A stretch of 64,000 nucleotides of DNA from assembly GCA_002269645.1 (NCBI GenBank), contig NIVC01000606.1, forward strand, positions 186,001 through 250,000, read 5' to 3'. This document shows, piece after piece, positions 1 through 14,585 of this stretch (positions are counted from its first letter, which is position 1; every line of letters begins with the position of its first letter). Below the pieces are notes generated by a model. The model was not told where the DNA came from. It was given only the letters and a program-made list of their open reading frames with translations, and searched no databases. The translations under genes and the position numbers were made by a program. This DNA is from Macrostomum lignano (lineage: Eukaryota).

Positions 1-1712
1 TTCACGTGACGCGATTCCGGAATAAGTTCGTCAAAACAGGGAATTAGACTTCATTAAAATCGAAAAGTTATTGAGTCAAGATCAGGAAAAGCGATATATC
101 ATCTCCTGTGTCCAAAATTTGGGCCACTAAGACCAAGGAGGAAATGTTTCTTTAACTTACTTTACAAGAAATTACTAGCTTCATTTAAATTAGACGAATT
201 TTGTTCTTCATCAAATTAAGTAAATATTAAAACAAACGGATCCCTAGAAAGAAGCCTTAAGTGCCCTTTAAAAACCACTTTTCTCGAGAAGCTTTTTATG
301 CGCTTTGCCGATAAGCTAGAGGGGTTAGAAGGGATTGGGGGGGACAAACCTTCATTCAATGTACACTCGCACAGTGTACATACATAGCTATTTACAAATG
401 TACTCAGACTAGAATAGGACGGACGGGAGAATCCATCATAAGTCAGTGCGTACATAATAAGCACGAAGCGGCCGCCCCTCAGGCTGAAATAGAAAGATAA
501 CAAGCGCAGAGTTGAGAAAGTGCGACAAAATGCACCGAATGACCCCGAAAGCCCTCCAAGCTCTGTTCAAAAGCTGCGCTTTCCAGTTTATCCAGTTTTG
601 TAAATTGCGAGCGTAAAATGGGCGGCAGCAACGCTGGGTAAGTCGTTAAATTCGAAATCTCAACTCTAAAGATTTAGGCGGTTTCAAGTCATTAAAGCAA
701 ATTGCGAAGGCGGACTGGCGGAGCTTGGGGGTAGTGGAACGCAATACTCGTGATAATCCACCCTGTAATAACTTCTTTTGCCCTTAATAAATCCACCTCC
801 AAAATTCAAAGAACTTGCATAAATTTGAAGTGGAAGAGTGTCCTGGAACAGTGTCAGAAGAAATATATTCCTTTCGGAAATGCACAACATTTGATAGCGG
901 CGAATTTGGTTTTTAAAAAGAACGACAGAATGACAGAAAGTTTTTAAGGTTTGGAAAAGCTACAGATAACTGTTGGAATTTGAGCCGTGAGTTCGAGCTC
1001 TCTTAGAGTCGTCAGTCGGTGCTGTCTTAGGAGTCATGTTCCTACCATGGGATTATAGAGTGTTGCATTCTCTGCATTTTTGAATCAGCTGCACCAGTTA
1101 AAAATAAAACAATGAACTTAGGATGCTCCATTGTCTGTCTGTCCAACTACTGTTGCAGTGTTAAATCCCGTTAAAAATACCCGGTAATTTTTATTGTAAA
1201 ATATAGGTTCTGGTTGATAACAAAAAGAATCAGTATCCTGCTTGCTTACCTGTACAGGTGCTGGTGTCCGAGCAAGAGTTTCGCCGAAAAAAACTGAGGG
1301 TCTGCAAAGTCAGGTGTGTCAGCTTTCAACTATTAAAACAGAAGCTCCAGTTGTTCTGATTGTGTGGCAATTTATGCTCTGACAACTTTTGAGTTTCGCT
1401 CTTGAATTTATATACTTGAAGCATAGCTGGCGGCCTAATCAAAGACATTTATAAACCCCAACCCGGCCCTGATCTCCTCTGTGTGCGGCCTCCGCCTGTG
1501 CGCAAAGATCATATAAATTCGTTCGTTTCTCTCCTTTGTCGGTGAGCTGGAAGAGCTGCTGTATTTTTGGACCGATGGGTGGGTAGGGCGCCATAATTGA
1601 TGTCCATGCGTGCGCACCCGCCCCCCATAGCCATGGAGACCTTGTAGTTAGAATCTGGACTGGGAGTGGCTTAGACCAAGGAGTTTATAATCCACAAGCT
1701 TCTACCCCCCCC

Positions 1713-1966
1713 TTCTATCCGGCCCTCGGGGTCTTTTGACACTTCACGATAGCAATCTGACCCGCTTAAGGCTTATGTCTCTTCTCTCCACTCTTCTCTC
1801 TTATCTCTCCTTTTTCTTCTCTCCTCTTATCTTTTCTCTCACGTCTGTTCTCTCATTTCTTTTCTTTTCTCTCTCCTCTATTCCCTCTTACTTTCCTCTC
1901 TCATCTCTCCCGGTAGTCTTGAGCTAGATTATTTATTTGGCCCTTGAAGTAAAATTGTTTGCTGAC
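1713..1966 (+). mobile_element. hAT (Charlie-like) MITE, 5'-truncated, with internal CT-rich microsatellite
   Basis: Starts ttctatccggccc, shared with the copies at 2094-3168 and 8671-9176. Ends tggcccttgaagtaaaattgtttgctgac, a degenerate match to the GTTTGCCGACCCCTG TIR. Confidence 0.55.
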
Positions 1967-2093
1967 AAAGGGTTGGACTAATTAATCGTTTGAAAGCTGA
2001 ATTATAAAAACTTTCTTCATAAATTCAATCATTCATTTTGTTTCATTATAAAGCCTAATAAATCTTCGCAAGTCGTTGAATTTTAGAAAATTT

Positions 2094-3168
2094 CAAGGAT
2101 CGGCTAGCTTTTACCTCAGAGGCCAGATAGGAATTTAGTGCATGATTGCGGGTGAGAGGAGGGAATAGATAAAAGGGAATAAAAGAGAGAAGAGAAGAAA
2201 TAGGAGAGGAGAGAGGAGGAAAGAGGAGAGAGGAGAAGAGAGAAGAGAGGAGAAGAGAGAAGAGAGGAGAAGAGAGAAGAGAGGAGAGGAGAGAGGAGGA
2301 GAGAGGAGAGGAGAGAGGAGAGGAGAGAGGAGGAGAGAGCAGAGGAGAGAGGAGAGAGGAGAGAGGAGAAGAGAGGAGAGAGGAGAGAAAGAGGAGAGGA
2401 GAGAGGAGAGGAGAGAGTAGAGGAGAGAGGAGAGAGGAGAGAGGAGAAGAGAGAAGAGAGGAGAGGAGAGAGGAGGAGAGAGGAGAGGAGAGAGGAGAGA
2501 GGAGAGAGGAGAGAGGAGAAGAGAGGAGAGAGGAGGAGAGAGGAGAGAGGAGAAGAGAGAAGAGAGGAGAGGAGAGAGGAGGAGAGAGGAGAGGAGAGAG
2601 GAGAGAGGAGAAGAGAGAAGAGAGGAGAGGAGAGGAGGAGAGAGGAGAGGAGAGAGGAGAGGAGAGAGGAGGAGAGAGGAGAGGAGAGAGGAGAGAGGAG
2701 AGAGGAGAAGAGAGGAGAGAGGAGAGAAAGAGGAGAGGAGAGAGGAGAGGAGAGAGTAGAGGAGAGAGGAGAGAGGAGAGAGGAGAAGAGAGAAGAGAGG
2801 AGAGGAGAGAGGAGGAGAGAGGAGAGGAGAGAGGAGAGAGGAGAGAGGAGAGAGGAGAAGAGAGGAGAGAGGAGAGAAAGAGGAGAGGAGAGAGGAGAAG
2901 AGAGGAGAGAGGAGAAGAGAGGAGAAGAGAGGAGAGGGGAGAAGAGAGAAGAGAGAAGAGAGGAGAGAGGAGAAGAGAGGAGAGAGGAGAAGAGAGGAGA
3001 GAGAAGGGAGAAGAGAGAAGAGAGGAGAGAGGAGAAGAGAGGAGAGAGAAGGGAGAAGAGAGAAGAGAGGAGAGAGGAGAAGAGAGGAGAGACGAGAGAG
3101 GAGAAAGGAGAGGAAAGAGTTTCAAAGGACGCTAGGGCCGGATAGAGAGGCTTCGCGGGCCGGAGTTT
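2094..3168 (-). mobile_element. hAT MITE of the same family carrying a ~950-bp (GAGAG)n/(CTCTC)n expansion
   Basis: caaggatcggctagc at 2094 matches the TIR caggggtcggcaaac at 11/15 positions. The other end, read on the minus strand, is aactccggcccgcgaagcctctctatccggccc. GA-rich array at ~2170-3120. Confidence 0.65.
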
Positions 3169-3835
3169 CACAGCTGGTGGTCCGGGTGTTACTCCATATT
3201 ATAGTTTCAGACCTCCTTGACCCAAAGTCCTCTCTCTCTGACCCGCTTTGCACTGTCCGTAACCGGCCGCCACCCCAGCGGGAGGAAAGGGATGCGAAGC
3301 AACATCAAAGAGAAGCGCGCCGCCGGACAGAGAGAGAAGGAGGAATATAATATTAAGTGCATAGATTGGGAGAGCGGAAGGGGATTAGTGACATCGTAGG
3401 GATAGGAAGCCAACAAAACTTCAATAGGAGAAGATGCTGTTTGCAGGGACTTACGATTATTACAGTTATTCATAATAGTGATTCGAGAGCAGAAGGACAT
3501 TGAGTGCATTTTTCGAAGCTGTAAATTGATGCATAGAAATGTCGAAGCGTACTCAGAGAACGGCGGTGCCCATTTTGGTGCTGCTCGTGCCAATGAAAGG
3601 ACTGGCAAGGTAATAGAGACGTGTGTGGTCCTGTCTTGTGCCTGTGTTGCAGTGACCCTTGGGCCTGTGTTGTTAGCAAACACAGAGAGAAAGTAAACAA
3701 AAGGCACTTCTGACAGTATTTTTGAATGTCATGCTTCCGCTACAGATAATTTATTAGCTTTGCTGCTATTACAAAATCATTGTATGTCTATCAACGAATA
3801 CCAAAATGGCACCATTCAGATCAAAGATGACACCA

Positions 3836-3945
3836 ACCTACCTACCTACCTACCTACCTACCTACCTACCTACCTACCTACCTACCTACCTACCTACCTA
3901 CCTACCTACCTACCTACCTACCTACCTACCTACCTACCTACCTAC
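3836..3945. repeat. (CCTA)n microsatellite
   Basis: Perfect tetranucleotide run. Confidence 0.98.
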
Positions 3946-4611
3946 TAACTCCCAACATAACTACCTACTTACCGATATTTAGTATTTGGGACTCGTATTC
4001 AAGCCACACCAGTAACCAAGTATTATTGCAACAGAAGACAGTACAGAAATGTCGGCACCTTTAAAGCTTCAAAAAGACTGTCCCGCCACTATTACAAAGA
4101 ACCGCCGCCGCCGCCCGCTAGCATGCTTCTCAAACAAAGACTCCAAACCAGCGGCCGGGTCAACTGGAAAGTGCAAAGGGATTTAACCAACTTATTAGTC
4201 ATCGGACAGTGCGGTGAGGACAAAAGGAAAAAGGAGCAGCGTTATTAATAACGGACCGAGCGAACCCCCGAAGGTTAATTTGCACCGAAACTTGTCTCCT
4301 TATCTTTTCATGGTGTCAGCCGCGGGGAGCTGGTTGTTAAGCTTGGGTGACTGGGGCACAGCTGTCACTCAGCCGGTGCAAGAGACCTTTTTGTTACTAA
4401 AAAATAGGAATCTTATCTATGCATTCTGTGAAGGGTTCTATTTTTACGAGGTTTGATATACACGATTTGATGACGCCCCGTGACATTTATTAGGCCGAAT
4501 GTGAAAATACAAAACTGGTGTTCGTTGTTCTCAGGGAGACAAAAATTTTTTTGAGAGTGCCCCAATATGAGGTGCATGGGAGGTGCCAACTGCGGCCGCC
4601 TAACTTCACTA

Positions 4612-4956
4612 TGTCCTTGGGGCTTGGTGCGCTGTCCTTGGGGCTTGGTGCGCTGTCCTTGGGGCTTGGTGCGCTGTCCTTGGGGCTTGGTGCGCTGTCC
4701 TTGGGGCTTGGTGCGCTGTCCTTGGGGTTTGGTGTGCTGTCCTTGGGGCTTGGTGCGCTGTCCTTGGGGTTTGGTGCGCTGTCCTTGGGGTTTGGTGCGC
4801 TGTCCTTGGGGCTTGGTGCGCTGTCCTTGGGGCTTGGTGCGCTGTCCTTGGGGTTTGGTGTGCTGTCCTTGGGGCTTGGTGCGCTGTCCTTGGGGTTTGG
4901 TGCGCTGTCCTTGGGGTTTGGTGCGCTGTCCTTGGGGCTCATGGCGCTGTCCTTGG
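4612..4956. repeat. 21-bp minisatellite (TGTCCTTGGGGCTTGGTGCGC)n
   Basis: About 16 tandem units; explains the 7-aa periodic ORFs 4490..4942 and 4518..5102. Confidence 0.97.
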
Positions 4957-5505
4957 AGGCACTGTATTTAATAGAATGTTGGGATCATATCTGCATGATA
5001 TTTGCGGGGATTGATTTGCATTACATTATGTCTGAATCAGCTGTGAATCGGCTGCGTTTAACAATATTATATAGCCTTAGTGTTCAGGGACGACTACTGT
5101 AAGTAAGATGTTATGGTTGGGGTCGATATTGACGGGTTTAGCTGGAATTCCACAGTCCCACTCAGAGAACTTTTAAAAAACCAATAATGAGTTCCTGCGT
5201 CATGGAGGCTTGGCAAAATAAGGCAAGTTTTTTTACAATGTTCAAGTTGCTTGCGAATTGAAATCTCTTTTTCCTTTGACGAATTTCCCCTTGATGTATT
5301 CTCTATCGATTGCACGTGACCTGGTGGTGCCTGCTCACCAAACTTGCATGTGAAGGGCGAAAAAATTTGCTTTCAAGGTATCTGATGACAAAAAAGAGAG
5401 TCTTGAAGTTTTCTTTGCGCTGTTTGTTATTTCAGAGACCTGCAGCTCAACTTTCCAGCTGCAGTCACGGCATGCTTGTGAAATTTGGCCTGAATTAACC
5501 TTATT

Positions 5506-6786
<1,281 letters not shown>

Positions 6787-7450
6787 ATACACTGGTAGAG
6801 ATGTAACAAAACAATGGAAATTGATTGTCATTTTTAGTCAAGCCCTGTACTATTCATATATTAGCCGTCAATAGCCGAAAATGGAATTGCAAAACTCACA
6901 GAAAAAAATCTACGTTACCAAAAGATTGACTCAACAAAAGGGACAGACAGCACATTGTCTTCGGGAAAAATGAAAATGAAATTGGCGCCATGAACAAATG
7001 ACAGTTGGCTCTTAAGTAGCCCACGTAGATAAATTTGATTACGTTCGTAGCATTGACGAGACTTAGTTCAAGCTTATTTAAACTGAATTTTTCATAAAGA
7101 GTTTGGGTACCTGCTCGCACAGGTGGAGCAGGAACCCGCTGCTGACTAGCAGTAATGAGTGCAACATGACATCAGCCATTGTGTCACAAACTAGCTCAGA
7201 AACAAGAAATCGGTGACATTTAAAATCTATATGCGATATTACGAGTTGCATATAGGAGAAGCATGGGAGAAATAAACAGGATGTTCGTAAAAGCCGCATC
7301 CTGGTAGACCATCTGTCTTCAGTGAGCTTGGGACGCTATAAGTCAGTAGTGCCACCCAGGACTGTGCATTTATGCCTGGGTGAAGTCATTTTTCAATGTG
7401 CGCTTTTGTCACTGAAACTTATGAGTGTCAACAGCTATGCAAGTTATGTA

Positions 7451-8033
7451 ACCACAGAGAGTCAGCCTGCCCAATCACAGCTCCACTGCAGGCACCACAC
7501 ACAGAGTCAGCCTCCCCAATCACAGCTCCACTGCAGGCACCATACAGAGAGTCAGCCTCCCCAGTCACAGCTCCACTGCAGGCACCACACAGAGCGTCAG
7601 CCTGCCCAATCACAGCTCCACTGCAGGCACCACACAGAGAGTCAGCCTCCCCAATCACAGCTCCACTGCAGGCACCACACAGAGAGTCAGCCTCCCCAAT
7701 CACAGCTCCACTGCAGACACCACACAGAGAGTCAGCCTCCCCAATCACAGCTCCACTGCAGGCACCACACAGAGAGTCAGCCTCCCCAATCACAGCTCCA
7801 CTGCAGGCACCACACACAGAGTCAGCCTCCCCAATCACAGCTCCACTGCAGGCACCACACACAGAGTCAGCCTCCCCAATCACAGCTCCACTGCAGGCAC
7901 CACACACAGAGTCAGCCTCCCCAATCACAGCTCCACTGCAGGCACCACACACAGAGTCAGCCTCCCCAATCACAGCTCCACTGCAGGCACCACACACAGA
8001 GTCAGCCTCCCCAATCACAGCTCCACTGCAGGC
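7451..8033. repeat. 45-bp minisatellite overlapping the GPCR stop codon
   Basis: Unit cacagagagtcagcctccccaatcacagctccactgcaggcacca, about 13 copies. Confidence 0.97.
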
Positions 8034-11000
8034 CTCGGCTGCCCGCCGACCTCGCGTAGCTCCATCCGCAGCAGCCTGCGCTGGCACTGCCGCTGCCGCT
8101 GTTGCTGGAGGCGACGCCGAGCGGCAGCAGCGCCGCAGAGCAGCCGCAACAGCCGGCGGCAGACGGCCCGGCGGAAGGATCGCAGGGCGAAGCAGTAAAG
8201 CACAAAGTTGAGGCTGAACCCGAGGCTCTGCATGCAGTTGGTGACGGCTTCCACAGCTTTGTAGGCGGCGTTGGTCTCCAGACTCTCTCGCTGTTCGTCG
8301 GAGTTGCCGGCCCGGAGCAGCGCGTAGAGCTTGATGGTCTCGCTGGGTGCCACCAGGACCAGAAAGGTGACCACGATGCACACCAGAGTGATGGTCATCG
8401 TGGTCCCGGAGCGGCCGTCCGCTGGAATTTTTATTAAAGAAAGTGACTTGAAGAACCATTTTTAGACGACTGGAGCACCATATTCTCGACAGACTGTCTA
8501 AGGCAAAACGCAAATTAGCACAATGCAAAAAAGCAGATCTTTGCGATATCCGTTTTGTGAGTTTTTTTCATGATCTGCGACCGCAGCGTCTTTCTGTGTC
8601 GTATTGAATTCTTAAAATTGCCCTTTTCCCGATCTTTGGAATACATTTTAACTTTAAACTCGATGCAGCTCAGGGGTCGGCAAACTCCGGCCCACGAAGC
8701 CTCTCTATCAAGATTTATCTTGGGATAGTATTGTGAAGTATGCAACTTCACAATAGCAATCCAGCCCGCTCAAGGTTTGTCTCTCTTCTCAGCTCTCTCA
8801 TCTCCTCTCTTACCTCTCATCTCCTATCCTCTCATCTTCTCTCTTACCTCTTCTTTCTTTTTATCTTCCATCTCTTCTCTCATTTCATCTCCCATCTCTT
8901 CTCTCATTTCATCTCCCATCTCTTCTCTCCTTTCATCTCCCATCTCTTCTCTCATTTCATCTCCCATCTCTTCTCTCATTTCATCTCCCATCTCTTCTCT
9001 CATTTCATCTCCCATCTCTTCTCTCATTTCAACTCTCCATCTCTTCTCTCATTTTTATCTCACATCTCTTCTCTCGTTTCATCTCCTATCTCTTCCCTCC
9101 TTTCATCTCACATCTCTTCTCTCCTTTCATCTCCCATCTGAAGATTCTTTATCTTAAAAATGTTTGCGGACCCACGATGTAGCCTAGCTCGCACATGTTT
9201 AAAACAGCGATTTATCCTGCATTTTAGCTGCAGTTTCCGTTTTCTTACTGACAAGACGGATCGCAGTTCATCCAAAAATCCAAAATTCATTCAAAAATGT
9301 TCTTCTATACAGCGGCCGCCACTTGGAACTGTCAATACACTCGCAGCTTGGAGAGTTCGCCCTCCAGTGCAGCTCGCCCCCAGCCCTTGAGTCGTCACTC
9401 TCAGTATGACAGAGACGGAGGCTTCTTTCTGCCCAATCCAGGCCTATTCGTCCAAGGGGGGGGGCGCGTACGACAAGCTCGAATCTTCACAAGCTCGAAT
9501 CTTCACAAGTCTCGAATCTTCACAAGCTCGAATCTTCACAAGTCTCGAATCTTCACAAGCTCGAATCTTCACAAGCGCAACATTTAATTGTGTCATGCAA
9601 AATTTTATGCTAAACTTATGAAACTACCCATCGAATTCACCTGGAACTCGACCTGCAGAGACAGTCGCGTCAGAATCACCTCGGTGTTCATCGAGTCTGC
9701 TTGGGCGATTACCGGATGCGGTGTCACGCGCAGCCCGCATCCGAGCAAATTTGAGTCCGGGGCAGCCTAGCTTGGTCCAGATTTGGCTCAAGATTGGTGC
9801 AGTATGCGGAGACTAATGAAATGCGAGAAAACCGTTTGTGTTTTTGTTCTGCGAGTTCAACTCGTCGACGGTGAAGACACGTGAGTTGTGCAGGAAAAGT
9901 ACCTTTCAGGTAAACATATGGCAATTGCAGCCGGTTCTCGGCAAGTCTGGCTAAAGGAGCAGAAGGCGTGTTGCCGACAGGAGAGCAAGCAAGCCAGAGA
10001 TGCTCGCGACACAGCGAAGCCAAACCAGTCAAAGTGAACTCGGCATGAAATCCATTAGCGACACAAAGCCAGGGCACTTCGCGCTCTCGATCACCGTAAA
10101 TAAACCGAAATAAGTGACGCCCGCTAAAGAGCTCATACTGCTCCATTAAAATTGAGCACATGCATTGAAACCCCGCTGAAACGTGTTGAACAGAGCCTCG
10201 GAGCCTCCCTTTTCTGCCCCCAAATGAGGGTAACAATTGTATTGTTAGTTAGACATACAAGATTTACCATAGACCGGGTCACAGATACTAGAATAACTAG
10301 ATGGGCCACTCAGCACATTAGCGTGTAAGCTACTTTCTGTTCAGTAGCAAGTTAAACTGAAGCATTTTAATTTATTCTTAAAGCCAAGGCTCATTTTAAT
10401 TGGCTCTCCCCCCCAGCTTAAACCCTCCAACCGCGCCTTTCCACACTACCCCCCTCGTCCCGCCCCAATTTTTATTGCCTTTCTCGGAATTCCAGCCTAA
10501 AGCTGCCATGTACATTTCAGTGGACCGGCTAATGTACATTACTGCTGAACCAATTAGCAAGCTGTTTACGCCTGCAAGCTTGGGCTTCTAAACTTATCAA
10601 AGTCGTTTCAGCTGGCTTTATTCTTATAACATAGCTTATGTATCCTTCTTTGCTACTGAACTGAAAGTAGAAAGCTGATTTACTAAGTATTTATGCCTGA
10701 GTGGCCCATCTAGTTATTCTAGTATCTGTGCATAGACCAGACAGATTCTCACCAAGCGGGGGTGCGGGGACGGAGTCCTAACCATAGACAAATTTGACTG
10801 AAATTTTGTCGACGGACTAAAAATCGATCTGCTTTTGTTGTTTTCGTTGCTAAATCCTAATTTTTCTATATTTTCTTTGCGCGCGTTAAATACGCTTTAC
10901 CAATAAAATCTATCATAGACACATCAATGCCATATATCAAAGCCATACACATTATCGGGCATGCCTAAAGGCTCGCTGACTTAAAAAGCCTACGAACAAT

Positions 11001-11827
11001 AGACCAACGAAAGCGGTCGAGTCCTCACCCTTGCCGGCTGAGCCGGCGGTCGAGCAGCGACCGCCGCTGTTGCTGTGGCTGTTCGTCAGGCGCCTGCGGT
11101 CAGCCACGGCCCGCCTGACGCTCAACAGCAGGCGAGCGTTGCAGTACACGAGAACTATCAGCGGCAGAACGTTCCCGGCCAGGGCCCACATCACTCGGTA
11201 GGCGGTGTCCACGCCAGGACTGACTATAGCTACGGCCTCTGTGGCGTACATCAGCTGCCAGTCTGTGCCGGGTTCGGCGCCAGGCAGCGGCGCCAGGCAA
11301 CGACGGGATTGCGACGACCACAGCATCGGCAGGTTGAACGCCGCGGCGAAAGCGAACGCGCCGACAACCACGGCGACGCGGGCCCGACTGTCGCCAACTG
11401 GACCGCGGCCCGACCGAGCCCGCAGCGGCTGGCAGACGGCTAGGCAGCGTTGAACAGCCAGCGCCACAGTCAGCAGCGTCGACGACATGATGAACGCGCT
11501 GATGACGGCCGGCGCGGCCATGTGGTAATAGTGTCCGAAGCTTCGGCCGGCGGACAGGCGGCCGGTCAGCGCGGTGGGCAGGACGCACAGGCTGAACAGC
11601 AGGTCGCTGACGGCCAGGACCACCAAACCGAGCTTGGCGCCGCCGTCGCGAGAGCCCAGCGAGTTGCGCATGGCCGGGTCGGTGAGGCCCAGCAGGCTAA
11701 GGGCGTTGCCAACGACGCCTAGAAGCGAGATAGGCAGCGTGAGACGTTCACTGGCCGCTACTACCACGGCCGCTGGGCCGTCGGCCTGCAGAGCGAGGCA
11801 GAACTGGGAGGAGGAGTTGTTGCTCAT
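8015..11827 (-). CDS. Rhodopsin-family peptide GPCR (FMRFamide-receptor-like), 2 exons, ~401 aa
   Basis: join(11827..11029, 8421..8015). Phase-1 intron G|GTGAGG...TTCCAG|CG joins both frames. Seven hydrophobic segments; GVVGNALSL (TM1), LAVSDLL (TM2), FNLP (TM4), NFVLYC (TM7). Confidence 0.88.
8671..9176 (+). mobile_element. hAT MITE with internal CT-rich array, in the GPCR intron
   Basis: TIRs caggggtcggcaaac / gtttgcggacccacg. Flanks atgcagct and atgtagcc match 6/8 (decayed 8-bp TSD). Array at 8777-9137. Confidence 0.7.
9473..9575. repeat. 17-18-bp tandem repeat (ACAAG(T)CTCGAATCTTC)n after a poly-G tract
   Basis: Directly visible; resembles the subterminal repeats of the 31373-32020 element. 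Confidence 0.8.
10280..10730. mobile_element. ~450-bp MITE with ~33-bp TIRs (CACAGATACTAGAATAACTAGATGGGCCACTCAG)
   Basis: Near-perfect TIRs; homologous copies at ~26345-26760 (inverted) and ~57533-57973. TSD not resolved. Confidence 0.85.
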
Positions 11828-14585
11828 ACTCTGTTAACTCGCGCTGTTCCACTTGTTCGTGGCGCTTCTGTGAGGCTGCGAGGGCAGAGAAAGGTTTCTA
11901 TGAGCAATTCCTATTTTATCTATGCGATGATTCCGTGGGCCAATCGGCTGCAGCAGTCTGGTTGGCTCGGGAGAAAGCGACAGGCCAACAAGGAGATCTC
12001 GCACTAGAATCTGGTTCTTGATCTCCTTGGCACGCGGGACGCAAGTGTAAAGCTGCAATCAATCGAAAAAAAATCCTTCAGACTTTGAGTGAAGGGATAC
12101 ATGTAGTTCCCTTCAGTTCCGTTCCTAGAATTTACGTCGAAGAAACTAATTTAAAAAACCGCATATCAAACCAAGGCCAAAGGAAGAAGATGCTTCAGAC
12201 GTTTCACTAGATACGGGTCTCCTTTGCTTCCTCTCTCGATCTTGGCACCCGAACCCTTTCACTGCTTCAGCAGAGCTCTGTCTCTCTGACCTCTATTGGG
12301 TGTTTCTTCTCGCTGTAAATGTCACTCAATAGGCAAATAGTTTAGTTCGGTGCACCCTGTGCGCTTTTCTTTGCAATAGTTTTTTCGACGAGTTCAGCAG
12401 AGTGAACGGGAAAGCGACCACACGCAGCATGCGTTCGATTGGCGTCTTATCTGTTTGTTAGAGAATTATAGAACTTGCACTATAATATGCACCTAAAGGA
12501 GAGCGAACGCCTTTGATCCGGTATACGAATGAAATTGAATGAATAATATATTGTATATAATATATATACCGGTATATTATTTATATATATTAATAAGTCG
12601 GATGAAAAAATTGGTGAAAGTTTGCATCCAATTCAGTGCTATGCACCAACTGGAATGGTGCTGGAAAGTTACCCTCGTAAACAAATCTATAGTTTCGTTT
12701 GATGAATGTACCGTAAGAGGTGCAAGCCATTATACATGTACAAGGAATGGAAGATGCGTGCAATATATGCAATTACATAATTTGTTGGATTAAAAAGTTG
12801 TGAAAATAAAAAATCACTACACGGCTTTGTGATCCTAATTGTAGTGCCTATACACGTTATTACGGGAAACATGCATTCTAGAAACTTCTGTATGCTTTTT
12901 ATAAACCTTATAGGTAAACTTTACTAACATTGTCCCGCGTTTTCGGGAACTTAACTCTCATTCCCATGCCAGATGTGGCAATTTTCTTGAAAATTCTCCC
13001 GCACATTCCGAGTTTATAAATAGAAACACCCCCACTGTAGCAAAACCCAGGACTCTTACTCTACCCACTATGAGCGCGTACTGTTTTAGCTACACCTGGC
13101 ATCTGGCAGCTACTAAATACGCTTCTCCTTGCTCTCGACTTCCGACGAGCACTAGTTAATCAGCATGAACTACCTAAATAACTTGGTATATCTATTCATC
13201 TCTTTTTATAAAGATACAACACCTTACACTACAGTATTTGCATGTACATAAATGTATATATCACCATGGCAGTAAATTAATGAAGCCAACATTGCAGTAG
13301 GCTTTTTGGGATTCCTTGGGGGGTTCCTTTTGGTTTGGTGATTTTAGTAGCATACGGGAATCAGAAAAACAGTGAATTTGATTAAGTGTCTATATAGATA
13401 AAGAATTGTGATTGCAAGTTTTATTGAAAAACAACGAAAGTATAATCATAGATTTTAATTAGCTAAGTATATTTATGACACAGGTTGAGTTCCACGGATT
13501 GTTGTGAGTTTTATACTCATCAATTTAAACAAACGATTATTGCATACCTATTTATACCTTTGTTTATTCGTGATGTAACCGCTAATTTTTGCGATTTAAT
13601 TAAGTTTTTTTATATCAAATTAGTTAGGTTAAGAGCACTTATTATGTAACTAACCATAAATTTAGTTCACTAATTCAATTGCATCCACACATTATGAATT
13701 TTAAATATTCGAAAATAAATAAGATTTTGTTTTTGATGGCATCTAGTGACCTAGACAGTCATGAAAAAATTTCAAGACCACTGTTATTATTTAAATTCAG
13801 TCTTTGAAACTTTAATTTTTGGTGTACTAGTAAAGTAAAGCTGGAAATATGTAGAAGGTAGTATGTAGGTAGCATGTAGAAGGTCAAATTTAATCTTTAA
13901 ACCATTGGATAATTGGATTAATATCTGACCAGTTTGACCAATTAAAACTCACATTTCAGAAAAATCTTAAATCTGTAGTTCCGTACTTCACTGATATGCT
14001 ATGTCATCGGTTTTCTATCATTGAAAGGAAGAAGGTTACATGATTGTGTAAATTGTAGTCCTTGGCCCAAATTTAGCTCTTTAAGATTAGCTTTTTAGAA
14101 TACTTTTTGTTAGTTATCATATATATTACATTTGTAAGCATATTTAAGCATATATAAGCATATATTACATCTAAAATTCTAATTAATTAAAATCTAAAGT
14201 TTGATAAGCTATATAAAATTGATGGCTACTGGTCACTCTATTAGTGTCCATCCAATGTACTAAAAATGATAATTTTTACATAGCCTATCACAATTGTAGG
14301 CGGAGAGAGTTTCTAAAGTGCATCTGATTCAAGTTTATTTTATTCCGTCAGAGCATAGCTTCAAAATGGTTTCTATAAGAGACAAATCGTTAAAATTTAA
14401 TTCGGCATTTATATCACTTTTATCTTTCTATGAATATGCCTCTATACCACTAAGAACAAGAAATATGAAAATTTTGACATTTTTTTCATCTTTATGATTT
14501 CATCTATAGTTAATTTAATATTTCGAAAACTAATTACTTAACTACTAAGTTAGCTAACTTAGTTTTCGTTCCATTTCAGGTGACA

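Noticed and set aside
3207-3707. 166-aa minus-strand ORF and overlapping short ORFs
   Set aside because: No motif or exon support.
9724-10236. 170-aa minus-strand ORF
   Set aside because: No recognisable domain or splice context in any frame.
12400-14560. Possible decayed element in the AT-rich spacer
   Set aside because: Partial translations gave no recognisable motif.
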